Of a DNA stretch of 64,000 bases, positions 47,522 to 61,379 are shown piece after piece. This stretch comes from Phyllobates terribilis (taxonomy: Eukaryota): the NCBI RefSeq assembly GCF_046119375.1, contig NW_027362765.1, positions 140,926,001 to 140,990,000 of the forward strand. The letters run 5' to 3'. The position numbers were made by a program, and so were the translations under genes. Numbering within the stretch: position 1 is the stretch's first letter; each line of letters begins with the position of its first letter. Under the pieces are notes generated by a model that ran no database searches, was not told where the DNA came from, and saw only the letters and a program-made list of their open reading frames with translations.

Positions 47522-50500
47522 TTTTCCTTTCCCACCCGAGAGAGGGGATCTGCCCATCAAGCACAGGAACCTACTGAATAAAATGGCTGAGCCTCTCCCC
47601 CATATCAGTTGGTTTCCTATGTTTGAGGGGAACCTGTATTTGAAGAATCGGGTGTGGAACAGAAGAAAATTTGCCTGGAAGAATGGCTCCTTCCTGTAGC
47701 GCCGGTGTCGGGTCCTGGAGATTCTGCCGCAGGTCCAGTAGGGGTTGTCCAGACTCGAGCGGTGGCGGCTGCCTTGTCCCGGGTCTGTGCATGCGTGGGG
47801 TGTGCTGGGAGTGGGGAGCCCTGATGACGAGCGTGCTGGTGACTTCTGACCCAGAATTGTAACTTCAGTTTCTGGGGTCCGGAGGAGGCGTCCAAGTGGA
47901 GGGAGATGCTGTTGGCTGGTCCCTCATATTTATTGGGTTCTGTCAGCCAGAGAGCGTGTTTTGCTCCAGCTCTCCTTTCCAGTGTGGTTATGGAGGCACA
48001 ACAGTGGCAGCGTCAAAGTGGGCGCAGCAGTGGCAGCCGCTTGAGTGACAGAAGAAGCGACAGTAAGGTTAGCCAGAGAAGCATAGTGGATCGGTATAGA
48101 TCCACCACGTCCAGGGGAGAACAATTGTGGGATCTGATCCAGCCTTCGAATCCAGTACCCTTACTAAGCGACTGAGTGGTGAGTGACCTTCGTGAAAGTT
48201 CCCCATGGTAATTGGGTCCTTTTTCTTTAAATACTAGGAAAGACCTAAGAAGTGAAGTGCAAAGCTTAAAAATAAGGAATGTGCACTTTGCAGAGATACG
48301 TTACCAAGCTCATGGCAGGAGAAACTCTGTTCAGCTTGTATCCAAAAAAGTATTTGTGAGGAATTCCCAAATTTCACCATGGATTTAAATTCAGTTATTA
48401 GGGCAGAAGTTAAAGATTCCCTTAAAACCTTAATCCACAAATTCATAGAAATCGGAAAAAGAAAACCAAGATGTTATCTGACTGAGATGAATCCGTGAAG
48501 TCAGAAGGTAAATGTGGATCTGATTCTTCTTCATCCTCTGATGGCGGTATAGGGGGTAAACCATTCTTCTTTGTAGAACATACAGACAGATTGGTCAAGG
48601 CTGTAAGGGCTACCATGGGCATCATAGATGCTAAAAACCCCGAATCAGTACAGAATATTATGTTCGGGGGGTTAGAGCAAAAGCGAACATTTCCAATAAA
48701 TGAGCAAATTCAAGCTCTCATTAAAAAGAAATGGAAGGACTGAAAACAAAGGTTCACTACCCTCATCAAGAGAAGGTACCCCTTTGAAGAGGAGTAGACA
48801 GCCCCGTTGGATAAAGTTCCAAAGATAGATGTAGTAGTAGCCAAATCATCCAGAAAATCTATATTGCCCTTTGAAGACATGGGTATCCTGAATGATCATC
48901 TGGATAGGAAGGCTGATGGATACCTAACGCATACCTGGGAATCCTTGGCGGGAGCCCTGAAACTAGATGGATAGAACAACTGGAGGGTCAACTGAGGGAT
49001 AATGTTCCGTGAGAAAAGATCCTGGTCAATCTACACTTAATGCAGGGAGCAGCATCTTTTCTTGCAGGTGCCTCAGCAGACTCGGTGTGGTTGGCGACCA
49101 GATCTGTGGGCCTCTCTAACACTACTCATAGGGCACTATGGCTCTAATGTTGACCAGGGGATATCCAGTCTAAATCCAAGTTAGGTTCCATCCCATGTGA
49201 TGGAGAGTATTTGTTTGGTCAGGTTCTGGGTGACATCCTGGACAAAGCTGGTGATAAAAAGAAAGGATTTCCCAGTTTGTCCATCCTGGAGTATAAAAGG
49301 TCCTTTCGGAGGAGAAGGTATTGCCGGAAAAGACCTCCCAGGGATCAAGAAAAATGGGAGGACAGGAGAGGTAAGAATAGAGGAGTCATGTTTGGGGGAG
49401 GGAAGTCATCTCAGTGACGCCATTCCCCAGGTAGGGGGAAGGCTTTCCCTATTCCTCCCTGCCTGGGCAAGAATTTCATCCAATGGCTGGACTCTAGGTA
49501 TAGTGGAATCAGGCCTGAGGTTGGAATTTATGGCAGTTCTTCCGTGAACATTTGCAGTAACATGCCTCAGATGCCACCTTCAGAGCCATCATTAATTTGA
49601 AGAACCTCAACAAATTCTTGATATATCGACCTTTCAAAATGCAGTCAAAATAATCGACTATAAAACTCCTGGTCCCAGGATGTTTTATGAGTGTGTTGGA
49701 CCTGAAAGATGCATAACTACCATGTTCTGATCCATGCAAGAGACCAGAAATTCCTAATGGTGGACCTATTCATAAACAAAGGCATTTTCGGTTCAGGGCC
49801 TTGCCCTTTGGTCTGTCCATGGCCCCGAGAGTTTTTAAGGAAATCGAAGTGGAAATTACAGCACATCTTCTGGAGCAGAAAACTAATAATTTCATACCTT
49901 GATGATTTCCTGATTGTTGGTAGAACACTGCAACTTCCAATTAGCAAGAGTCAGAGCCATACTGGATTAATTGGGTTGGCTCCTGGACTTAAAAAAAATC
50001 AAAGCTAATTCCATCAAGAGTTCAGTCTTTTTTCAGTCTTATCTTAGACTCCGTGAGTCAGACTTGATTCCTACCAGAAGAGAAAATGCATAAAGTGGCA
50101 GCCTTGGTATCAGCGGCAGTAAACAATCCTACTATGACACTCAGGATGGCAGTAATCCAGCAGTACTATGGGTGCAATTGCAGGAAGAGATACTGAGAGG
50201 CGAAAGACAGCTCAGAGGGTGTTTGGAAGGAAAACTAAGTCTTTCTTCAGTGGCAACAAATGTCCTCTTATGGTGGCTAAGCGTAGAGAATCTGTCAGTA
50301 GGGGTCCCATGGGTATATCCAGTTGCAGATGTAATAACTATAGATGCAAGTCCAAGTGGATGGGGAGCGCATCTGAGAGACTGTGTAGTCCAGGGTGTTT
50401 GATCAAAACACGAGAAGAGGAGTTAATCCAACATGAAAGAACTTCTGGCAGTGAGAAATGCGGTGGAGAAATTTCTCGCATCTCTCCAAAGCCATCATGT

Positions 50501-52431
50501 TCGTATGCGGTCGGACAATCGAACAATGGTGGCTTACATCAACCATCAAGGGGGAACAATATCTCGCTCCCTGATGACAGCAACGGAGGAAATTTTCCAG
50601 ATGGCAGAAAAGCATCTCTTGTCATTAACAGCATTGCACATAAAAGGGAATTAGAACGACAGGGCAGACTTCCTAAGCCGCAATCGACTAAGACAGGGGG
50701 AGTGAGCCCTGAATCCGACAGTTTTTCACCAAATAGTAGGCTTATAGGGCCTTCCAATTATAGACTTGTTTGAATATAGGCGCAACAGGAAGGTAAAAAA
50801 AAATTCTGCTTCCTAAATCCCATGCAGTAGATGTTTTCCAGATTGCATGGAACTTCGATCTAGCCTATGGCTTTCCTACAGTAATGATGATTCCAGCAGT
50901 ATTAAGGAAGATCAGGGAAGACCATGAGAGGATAATCCTGATAGCCCCATTCTGGCCCAAAACATCATGGTTTTCATGGACGAGGCTGATGTTGATCTCC
51001 ATCCATGGATCTTACCAGGGATCCCGGATCTACTCATCCAAGGTCCAGTCTGGCATCCACAAGCTTCAGGCCTTCACATGACAGCCTGAATTTGAAAGGT
51101 CACTGTTAATCCAAAGAGGGTTTTCTCCAAGTGTAGTATCCACTTTTACTTAAAAGCAGGAAACCAGTAACCTCAAAAATACATGGTAGGACTTGGGAAA
51201 TGTTTCTGTCTATTTCACGGGAATAGTCTGGGTGAGAAAATTCCAATTAAATCTTTCTTAGCTTTTCTCCAGAAAGGATTAGAGCTTGGGCTATCCACTA
51301 GCACTGTTAAAGTGCAGCTAATCGGCCTTAGGGACATTATATAACTGTTAGATTTATTAAAACATGTGATACGTTTAGGCCAATCCCTAGTCCAAAGATT
51401 CCTCCTTGGGTTCTGAACTTGGTGCTGGAGGTGTTAACCAAATCCCCTTTTGAATCTTTAGAGGTTCATCTGTTAAAAATCTTACCTTTTTAAAGATGCT
51501 AATTCTGGTAACACTGACTTCAATCTGGCTCTGTCAATTAATCCCCCCCTTTACACAGTTTTTGGAAGATAAGGTTGTTCTAAGACCAGATCCAGCCTAC
51601 CTTCCAAAAGTAGCCATGACATTTCATAAGAGTCAGGAAGGAGATTATTCTTCCCTCCTTTTTTTCTAATCCTAGGAACCCAAAGGAGGAAAAATTCCAC
51701 ACACTGGATGTTAAGAAAGCTTTAATAATTTGAAAAAACAATGGAGGAATAGCCAGTTGTTTGTTTCCTTCCAGGGCTCTAGGAAAGGTCTTAAAATCTC
51801 AAGGGGTACCATAGCTAGATGGATTAGGGAAGCCATTAGGTTAGCCTACTCAACTAGTGGTGTTTCAGTCCCAGAGAGCATAAAAGCTCATTCTACTCGA
51901 GCTGTCGCGACTTTTTGGTCAGGTAAGGCTGAGGTGTCTATTGACCAGATATGTAAGGCAGCAACATGGTCCTCTCCTTCAACCTTCTATGAGCTTGATC
52001 TGACCTCTTCTGCTGATCTATTGGAAGAAGGGCTCTACAAGCAGTGGTCCCTCCCTAGTGTGGATTTTGGTTTCTCTGTAAATCTCTCGTGTGATGCTAT
52101 CATAGGGGAAAGGAAAAGACGAAATTACTTACTCGTAATGGAATTTTCCAGAGCCTATGACAGCACCCTTATCCCCCCCCCCCCCCTCCTTCACTGGTAT
52201 TGGTGTGCACTAATAGAATTTTAGGTGTATAGCCTAGATGGTGTTGTAGCTTTTTGTCTGGCTGACGGTATGTCTTGGAGGTCCTCTCATGCTCTATAAC
52301 GAACGGATTACGGGGAGAGGTTCCTCCCTTTTATTCAATAGGTTCCTGTCCTTGATGGGCTGGTCCCCTCTCTCGTGTGGTGCTGTCATGGGCTCTGGAA
52401 AATCCCATTACCTTAAGTAATTTTGTCTTTC
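47522..52431 (+). mobile_element. DIRS1-type tyrosine-recombinase retrotransposon, full length but degenerate (gag, RT/RNaseH, MT, YR)
   Basis: Inverted terminal repeats (47535-47585 vs about 52325-52378) and an ICR at 52107-52167 complementary to both ends. RT ISYLDDFLIVG (about 49890); RNaseH ITIDASPSGWGAH, ELLAV, SDN; MT-like IDLF..NRKV and AYGFPT..IILIAPFWP; YR AHSTRA and ICKAATWSS. Many stops and frameshifts. Confidence 0.93.
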
Positions 52432-53339
52432 TCAAAACTACTCCCCTTTTACTCTAATAACAGCTTTTCATCTCTTGGCATTCTCTCAATCAGTTTCTTC
52501 AGGTAGTCACCCCGAATGGCTTCCAGTGAACAAGCGTGTTTTCAGCCATCAGGTGAGTTTTACAGAAGCAGTGTTAATATACAGTACTGAGCTCTAGTCC
52601 ATAACTGTTCTAAGCTAGACTGTCAATAAACACTCAACTAAGCAAAGAGGAGAATTGACAGTCCATCATTATTTTAAGATTGTCCATCAATCTGTAAAAT
52701 TGCTAGACCTTTGAAGGTGTTCTTAGGAGCAGTCACAAAATCATCAATTGCTATGATGAGGACCACTCCAGGAAAGAAAGACAAAAAATTATCTCTGCTA
52801 GGGGATAAGTTCATCAGTGTTAACAGTCTCAGAAATTGCAATTTAAAGTGGAAGAAAACAATAGCCCAATAGGGTCTTAACTGATAGGACGTGTAGGTGA
52901 GGGAATTGCTCACCTGGCTTGGGTTGTGCGACCACAACCTCAGAAATCACTTAGGCTGCTGCAAACCCACATGGAAGTATATTGCGATGGGAGGAGATGG
53001 GTTTATTCCTGCGCTGCCTATACGTCTGAAGGATGATGGATGGGGCCAATGAAGGATCCGATAAAATGCAGTTTATTTGTCGACGTGTTTTGAAGTATAT
53101 ACACCTTCTTCTCTAGGACAAAACCACAAGTGAACAGTAAAAAAAAGTGTACAAATGTGTGTGTGTAAATATTGATCCTTTTTTTTTTGTATTGACAAGC
53201 TTTATTTGATCTTACAATTGGTGGGTCAGATGACACCCTTGGAGTCTTGTTTTTTCAAAATGTACTATCTGTTTAAAGCTGCATGTGTTTTTTTACTGTT
53301 CACTTGTGGTTTTGTCCTGAGGAAGATGATGTACTTCGA

Positions 53340-54650
53340 AACGTGTCAACAAAATGCATTTTCTCTGATCCTTTGGCATCATCCGTATAGGCAGCGCAGG
53401 ATTAACCCAATCTCTTCCCGAGAAATTGGAAATTAACAACATCTCAAATACCATCCTCATAAATGATGCACTAACATCAAGTAGCAGACACATCTCAACA
53501 TCATCTGTCCAGTGGACACTGTGAGAAGCTGGCCTTTGTGATTGAAATACTGCAAAGAGGCCGCAACTGAGGACAGCAAACAAATAAGAGACTTCTTTGG
53601 ACCAAGCAACGCAAGGACTGGACATTAGATCAGTGGAAATCTGTACCGTGGTCTGAGGAATCAAAATTTCAGATGTTTGGTACCACCATGTCTTTGTAAG
53701 ACACAGAAATGGTCAGCTGATATGGGGCCCACCATGCAGCATGGAGGAGAAGGTGTGGTGGCTTGAAGGAACTTTGCTGGTGACACTGATGGTGATCTAC
53801 TCTACATTCTAGGCACGCTTACCCAGCAGGACTACCACATCATTCTGCAATAACATGCCATCCCATCTGGATTGCACTTAGTGGACGAGGACGCAAAGCA
53901 CACTGCCAGGCTATTTAAGTGCTATTTGACTGAGACGGAGAGAGATGGAATGCTGCTTCAGATAGAAGGTCTCCACAATCACCGTACTTCAACCCATTTG
54001 AGATGATTTGGAATGAGTTGGAGTCGGTATAAAATGGACCAACTCCAACTCCTAAAATACATAATAAATTGGGTACGGTAGTTCAATGCAGTTTGTGGGG
54101 AATATTTTTTCATAAGAATTTGGGAAAGTTATGAAATGTCCTATAAATGTCTGTCCTATTCCTGATCTAAGGGTGTAGACTTTTAGCTGAGATGAATCTG
54201 TGCTAAAGTAAATTTATCACTTAAACATGAGCAATGTATGAGGGAGTCGGAGTTGGAGTCATGGAAATTGAGGAGTCGGAGTTGGAGGTTTGGCTTACCG
54301 ATTCCACAGCCCTGGTTGGACCTGCAGTGAAGGCAAAGCAGCTAAATAGTGCTCAGCACCTCTGGGAACACATTCAAGACTGTTGGAAAGCAATTCCAGA
54401 TGATGACCCTATAAAGCTGCTTTAGAGCATGCCAAGGGTGGGTCAAGCTGTCGTCAGAATAAGAGGGGGACTCTTTGAGGAATCTAAAGTTAAATATTTA
54501 TTCTAGTTGGTTTCGTACATATATCTTTACTCCCTGTTTCCACAGGGTATTTTTTCGTGGTTGGCTGCCATCAATCTGAATCTACAATGTGCACATTCCA
54601 ATAAGAACAAAGAAAACCATTGGATGAACTGGTGTCCAATCTTTTGACCA
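53340..54650 (+). mobile_element. Decayed Tc1 transposon with a small internal insert (about 54020-54315)
   Basis: + strand segments resembling WSEESKFQMFG, HGGEGVV, SPQSPYFNPFEMIW and QHLWEHIQDCWK. Insert of ggagtcggagttgg type. Confidence 0.7.
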
Positions 54651-54701
54651 GTAATGTACATTCTGATGTGGTGTGATTTGCCTCATGAAGGTATGCATAT
54701 A

Positions 54702-56343
54702 CAACCCCTTGCAAAAATTATGGAATCACCGGGCTCGGAGGATGTTCATTCAGTTGTTTAATGTTGTTGAAAAAAAAGCAGATCACAGACATGGCACAAA
54801 ACTAAAGTCATTTCAAATGGCAACTTTATGGCTTTAAGAAACACTAAAAGAAATCAAGAAAAAAAATGTGGTACTCAGTAAGGGTAATTTTTTCAGACAA
54901 AGCAGAGGGAAAAAATTATGGAATCACTCAATTCTGAGGAAAAAATTATGGAATCATGAAAAACAAACACAAAAGAACACTCCAATACATCACTAGTATT
55001 TTTATTGCACCACCTCTGGCTTTAATAACAGCTTGCAGTCTCTGAGGCATGGACTTAATGAGTGACAAACAGTACTCTTCATCAATCTGGCTCCAACTTT
55101 CTCTGATTGCTGTTGTCAGATCAGCTTTGCAGGTTGGAGCCTTGTCATGGACCATTTTCTTCAACTTCCACCAAAGATTTTCAATTGGATTGAGATCTGG
55201 ACTATTTGCAGGCCATGACATTGACCTTATGTGTCTTCTTTCAAGGAATGTTTTCACAGTTTTTGCTCTATGGCAGGATGATGTAATCATCCCCAAACAT
55301 CCTTTCAATTGATAGGATAAGAAAACTGTCCAAAATATCAATGTAAACTTGGGCATTTATTGAAGATGTAATGACAGCCATCTCCCCAGCGCCTTTACCT
55401 GACATGCAGCCCCATATCATCAATGACTGTGGAAATTTGCATGTTCTCTTCATGCAGTCATCTTTATGAATCTCATTGGAACGGCACCAAATAAAAGTTC
55501 CAGCAACATCACCTTGCCCAATGTAGATTCGCGATTCATCACTGAATATGACTTTCATCCAGTCATCCACAGTCCACGAATGCTTTTCCTTAGCCCATTG
55601 TAACCTTGTTTTTTTTCTGTTTAGGTGTTAATGATTGCTTATGTTTAGCTTTTCTGTATGTAAATCCAATTTCCTCTAGGTGGTTTCTTACAGTTCGGTC
55701 ACAGACGTTGACTCCAGTTTCATCCCATTCGTTCCTCATTTGTTTTGTTGTGCATTTCCTGTTTTGGAGACATATTGCTTTAAGTTTCCGGTCTTGACAC
55801 TGTGATGTCTTCCTTGGTCTACCAGTATGTTTGCCTTTAACAACCTTCCAATGTTGTTTGTATTTGGTCTAGATTTTAGACACAGCTGACTGTGAACAAC
55901 CAACATGTTTTGAAACATTGCATGTTGATTTACCTTCTTTTAAGAGTTTGATAATCCTCTCCTTTGTTTCAATTGACCTTTCTCGTGTTGGACCATGATT
56001 CATGTCAGCCCACTTGGTGCAACAGCTCTCCAAGGTGTGATCACTCATTTTTAGATGCAGACTAACAAGCAGATCTAATTTGATGTAGTGTTAGCTTTGG
56101 AAATGTAAATTTACAGGGTGATTCCATATTTTTTTCCTTCTGCTTGGTCTGAAAAAAATTACCCTTACTGAGTACCACATTTTTTATCTTGATTTCTTTT
56201 AGTGTTTCTTAAAGCCCTAAAGTTGCCATTTGAAATGACTTTAGTTTTGTGCCATGTCTGTGATCTGCTTTTTTTCAACAACATTAAACAACTGAATGAA
56301 CATCCTCCGAGCCCGGTGATGCCATAATTTTTACCAGGGGTTG
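54702..56343 (-). mobile_element. Tc1 (long IR/DR-type TIR) transposon, near full length, same family as 40776-42149
   Basis: Both TIRs with TA TSDs. Minus ORFs 55268-55570 (VIFSDES) and 54946-55356 (SPDLNPIENLW). Confidence 0.94.
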
Positions 56344-56542
56344 TACTTCATTGAAATGGCACGGGCACAGGATTGTTTTTTTAAAAAAATTTAAAAAAAA
56401 AAAAAAAAAATCCACTAAAAATAAAAATATAATGTACCCATCAATAAATATTATTAAGAAAAAAAAACAAACAAACAATAAAAGTACACATATTTGGTAT
56501 CGCCGCGTCCGTAACGACCTGGCCTATAAAATTGTTCCACTA

Positions 56543-58650
56543 GTTAACCCCTTCAGTGAACACGGTAAAAATGAAAAATAAAAAACAAAGCAAAAAACAA
56601 TGCTTTATCATCATACCGCCAAACAAAAAATGGAATAACACGCCATCAAAAAGACGAATATACATAAAAATGGTACCGCTGAAGACGTCATCTCGTCCCG
56701 CAAAAAACAAGCCGCCATACAGCTCCATCATCCGAAAAATCAAAAAGTTACAGCTCTCAGAATAAAGCGATGCAAAAAAATAATTTTTCCTATAAAATAG
56801 CTTTTATTGTGTAAAAGCATCAAAACATAAAAAACTATATAAATGTGGTACCACTGTAAACGTACTGACCCGAAGAATAAAGCTACCTTATCAATTTTAC
56901 CACACCTGGAGCAGAATAAAAAAATGTAAAAAAACACAATTCCTGAATTGTTGGTTTTTGTTTATTCTGCCTCCCAAAAGCTGGAATAGAAAGCGATCAA
57001 AAAATGTCACATGCCTGAAAATGGCACCAATAAAAACGTCAACTCATCCTACAAAAAACAAGCCGTCACATGACTGTCGGCCAAAATATGGCGATGCAAA
57101 AACTAGATTTTACAAAATATGTGTCTTTTAGTGTGTGACAGCTGTCAATCATAAAAACCCGATATGATTCTGGTATCGCTGTAATCGCACCGACCCGAAG
57201 AATAAAGTAATGTCATCACTTATACCGCACGAGGAACGGCGTAAAAAATAAACGCTAGGGCTGGGGTTGTGCTAATGTTAGGGTTGGGGTTGTTTTTTTT
57301 TTTTCACAAGTAAAAAAAAAAAAAAAGATGACGATATGGCAACTAGTGTTGAACGCAAGTGCTCGCTACTTGAGTTTGCATCGGGTGCTCGGGTATGCAC
57401 TGAGTATCGCGGGTGCTCGAGTCTCCGCCCCATATGCTTCGTGGCCAAAAAAATCTTGCAGGGATTGCCTGCCATGCACGAGCGATCCCTGCATGGTTTT
57501 TTGGGGGGTCTAATAACCGTGAAACATGCGGGCGGGGACTCGAGCATTTCACTTGAGCACCCGTGATACATGGTGCATACCTGAGTACCCGATGCAAACT
57601 CAAGTAGCGAGCACTTGCGCTCAAGCGTAATGACAACTTATTCAATATGATGACCTAATGTTATCAAATTCTGTGTCGTACCTCTGGGTTCAAAATGTTC
57701 ACTATACCCCTTAATAAAATCCTTGAGGGCTATAGTTTCCAAAATGGGGTCACTTGTGGGGGAGCTCCACTGTTTAGGCACATCAGGGGCTCTCCAAACG
57801 CGACATGGTGTCCGCTAACAAATTGAATGGAAAATCGGCTCAAATTGTTAGCGGACACCATGTTGCGTTTGGAGACCCCCTGTGTGCCTAAACATTGGAG
57901 CTCCCCCACAAGTGACCCCATTTTGGAAACTAGACCCCCCCAAGGCACCTATCTAGATGCATAGTGAGCACTTGGAACCCTCAGGTGCTTCACAAATTGA
58001 TTCGTAAAAATGAAAAAGTGGACAAAAAAATTACTTTTTCATTTTTACAAATCAATTTGTGAAGCACCTAGGGGTTCCAAGTTCTCACTATGCATCTAGA
58101 TAGATGCCTTGGGGGGTCTAGTTTCCAAAATGGGGTCACTTGTGGGGGGTTTCCACTGTTTAGGCACATCAGGGGCTCTCCAAACGCAACATGGCGTCCA
58201 CTAATTATTCAAGCAAATTTTACAATCAAAAAGTCAAATGGCGCTCCTTCCCTTCCGAGCCCTGCCGTGCGCCCAAACAGTGGTTTTTCCCCACATATGG
58301 GGTATCTGCGTGCCCAGGGGAAATTGCACAACAAATTTTGGGGTCCATTTTTTTCTTGTTACCCCTGTGAAAATAAGAAAAATTGGGTCTAAAGTAACAT
58401 TTTTGTGAAAAAAGTAAAATGTTCATTTTTTTCTTCCACATTCCAAAAATTCCTGTGAAGCACCTGAAGGGTTAATAAAGTTCTTGAATGTGGTTTTGAG
58501 CACCTTGAGGGGTGCAGTTTTTAGAATGGTGTCACTTTTGGGTATTTTCTGTCATAAAGACCTCTCAAAGTGACTTCAAATGTGATGTGGTACCTAAAAA
58601 AAATGGTTTTGTGAATTTTGTTGGAAAAATGAGAAATCGCTGGTCAACTT
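56543..58650. mobile_element. TTAACC-family non-autonomous element containing alternating inverted about 200-bp modules
   Basis: 56543-57260 is the inverted homologue of 43000-43600. The module TTTCCAAAATGGGGTCACTTGTGGGG occurs at about 57737 (+), about 57905-57930 (reverse complement) and about 58121 (+). Confidence 0.6.
57344..57629. mobile_element. Palindromic hAT-type MITE (TAGTGTTGA termini)
   Basis: Long TIRs; 8-bp TSD ATGGCAAC/ATGACAAC. Confidence 0.85.
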
Positions 58651-58654
58651 TTTA

Positions 58655-60895
58655 CGTGAGGGAAGATAGCAGGAGATTAGTTCAGAGATGTACGGAGGAG
58701 ACAGGTTATGGATGGCTTTGTAGGTCAGGGTTAGTAGTTTGAACTGGATACGCTGAGGAATTGGGAGCCAGTGAAGGGATCTGCAAAGGGGAGAAGCAGA
58801 GGAGTAGTGAGGAGAGAAGTGGATTAGTCGGGCAGCAGAGTGGACTGGAGAGGTGCGAGAGTGTTAGGAGGTAGGCCACAGAGGAGGATGTTGCAGTAGT
58901 TGAGGCGGGAGCATTTTAGTAGATTGGGAGATGAGGAAAGGATGGATTTGGAAAGACACTGCTCAAAAAAATAGAGGGAACACTCAAATAACACATCCTA
59001 GATCTGAATGAATGAAATATTCTCATTGAATACTTTGTTCTCTACAAAGTTGAATGTGCTGACAACAAAATCACACAAAAATCATCAATGGAAATCAAAT
59101 TTATTAACCAATGGAGGCCTGGATTTGGAGTCACCCCCAAAATTAAAGTGGATAAACACACTACAGACTGATCCAACTTTGATGTAATGTCCTTAAAACA
59201 AGTCAAAATGAGGCTCAGTATTGTGTGGCCTCCATGTGCCTGTATGACCTTCCTACAACGCCTGGGCATGCTCCTGATGAAGTTGCGGATGGTCTCCTGT
59301 GGGATCTCCACCCAGACCTGGACTAAAGCATCCGCCAACTCATGGAAGTCTGTGGTGCAACATGACGGTGGATGGAGGGAGACATGATGTCCCAGATGTG
59401 CTCAATCGGATTCAGGTCTGGGGAACGGGCGGACCAGTCCATAGCTTCAATGCCTTCATCTTGCAGTAACTGCTGACACACTCCAGCCACATGAGGTCTG
59501 GCATTGTCCTGCATTAGGAGGAACCCAGGGCCAACCGCACCAGCATATGGTCTCACAAGGGGTCTGAGGATCTCATCTCGGTACCTAATGGCAGTCAGGC
59601 TACTTCTGGCGAGCACATGGAGGGCTGTGCGGCCCTCCAAAGAAATACCACCCCACACCATTACTGACCCACTGCCAAACCGGTCATGCTGAAGGATGTT
59701 GCAGGCAGCAGATCGCTCTCCACGGCGTCTCCAGACTCTGTCACGTCTGTCACATATGCTCAGTGTGAACCTGCTTTCATCTGTGAAGAGCACAGGGCGC
59801 CAGTGGCGACTTTGCCAATCCTGGTGTTCTGTGGTAAATGCCAAGTGTCCTGCATGGTGTTGGGCTGTGAGCACAACACCCATCTGTGGACGTCGGGCCC
59901 TCATGAAGTCAGTTGCTAACCGTTTGTGCAGACACATGCACATTTGTGGCCTGCTGGAGGTCATTTTGCAGGGCTCTGGCAGTGTTCCTCCTGTTCCTCT
60001 TGCACAAAGGCAGAGGTAGCGGTCCTGCTGCTGGGTTGTTGCCCTCCTATGGCCCCCTCCACGTCTCCTGGTGTACTGGCCTGTCTCCTGGTAGCACCTC
60101 CAGCCTCTGGACACAAAGCTTACAGACACAGCAAACTTTCTTGCCACAGCTCGTATTGATGTGCCATCCTGGATGAGCTGCACTGCCTGAGCAACTTCCG
60201 TGGGTTGTAGAGTCCATCTCATGCTACTACGAGTATGAAAGCACAACCAACATTCAAAAGTGACCAGAACATCAGCCAGAAAGCATTGGTACTGAGATGT
60301 GGTCTATGGTACCCACCTGCAGAACCACTCCTTTATTGAGTGTGTCTTGATAATTGCCAATAATTTCCATCTATTGTCTATTCCATTTGCACAACAGCAT
60401 GTGAAATTGATTGTCAATCAGTGTTGCTTCCTAAGTGGACAGTTTGATTTCACAGAAGTGTGATTTACTTGGAGTTATATTCTGTTGTTTAAGTGTTCCC
60501 TTTATTTTTTTGAGCAGTGTATTTTTGAGCTGGAGGCGACAGGAGGTGGGGAAAGCTTGGATGTGCGGTTTGAAGGACAGGGCAGAGTCAAGGGTTACTC
60601 CGAGGCAGCAGATTTCTGGTACAAGGGAAAGCGGGATGTCATTTATTGTGATAGATCAGGTAGGGGAGATATGTGGGATGGAGGAAAGATAATGAGTTCA
60701 GATTTGTCCACGTTGAGCTTGAGGAAGCGAGAGGAGAAGGAGGATATGGCTGATAGACACTCCGGGATTCTGGACAGCAGAGACGTGGTGTCTGGGCCAG
60801 AGAGGTGGATCTGGGTGTCATCAGCGTACAGATGGTACTGGAAGCTATGGGACTTGTTGTCCCAGACCAAGGGTATAGATGAAGAAGAGTAGGGG
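58655..60895 (-). mobile_element. L2 LINE fragment split by a Tc1 insertion
   Basis: Minus ORF 60643-60870 (QYHLYADDTQIHLS). The flanks at 58655-58956 and 60520-60895 read continuously (LQLKN-ISKIHPFLI) on the minus strand. Confidence 0.85.
58957..60519 (-). mobile_element. Tc1 DD34E transposon (CACTGCTCAAAAAA family), full length
   Basis: Both TIRs present. A 307-aa minus ORF at 59323-60246 carries LFTDES, MQDNARPH and SPDLNPIEH (34 residues between D and E); frameshifts in the N-terminal half and at the C-terminus. Confidence 0.95.
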
Positions 60896-61379
60896 TCCTA
60901 TGGAATGTTACGATGCGCTGTGTGCCGCACCGAGCCTCCTTTCGGTCATGCAGTCATGTATGGCATCCCAACAGCATATAGCAGCCAATCACAGAATGGG
61001 GTTTCACAATAATGGGGGATGTTTTGGGGGCAGGGGGGTTGTTTGCACTGTACATGGCAGGCTGTAGTCAGTGACTTACATATACCTGCACAGCTACAGT
61101 GTAAATCAGCAGAGGGTGCATACAGTCTGAATGAAGTATACACTATGGGAGGCAGAGGTAGGGTGTGAATGATTTTAGGGTGTAAATTAATTAATGGGGG
61201 TCTCTGTGCTTGTCACCATTGCTGTTCAGTTGTCTGATAGGTGACAACCCCCTCAGAGTGATTGCAGGAGGAGTTCAGTATATTGGGTGCATTATGACAT
61301 TTAGTTTATTGATGTGGAGGTAGCTATTCATGCAGTAGATTGACGACACATGTTGTTGTGCTTGTTTTGCTGTCGTTAT

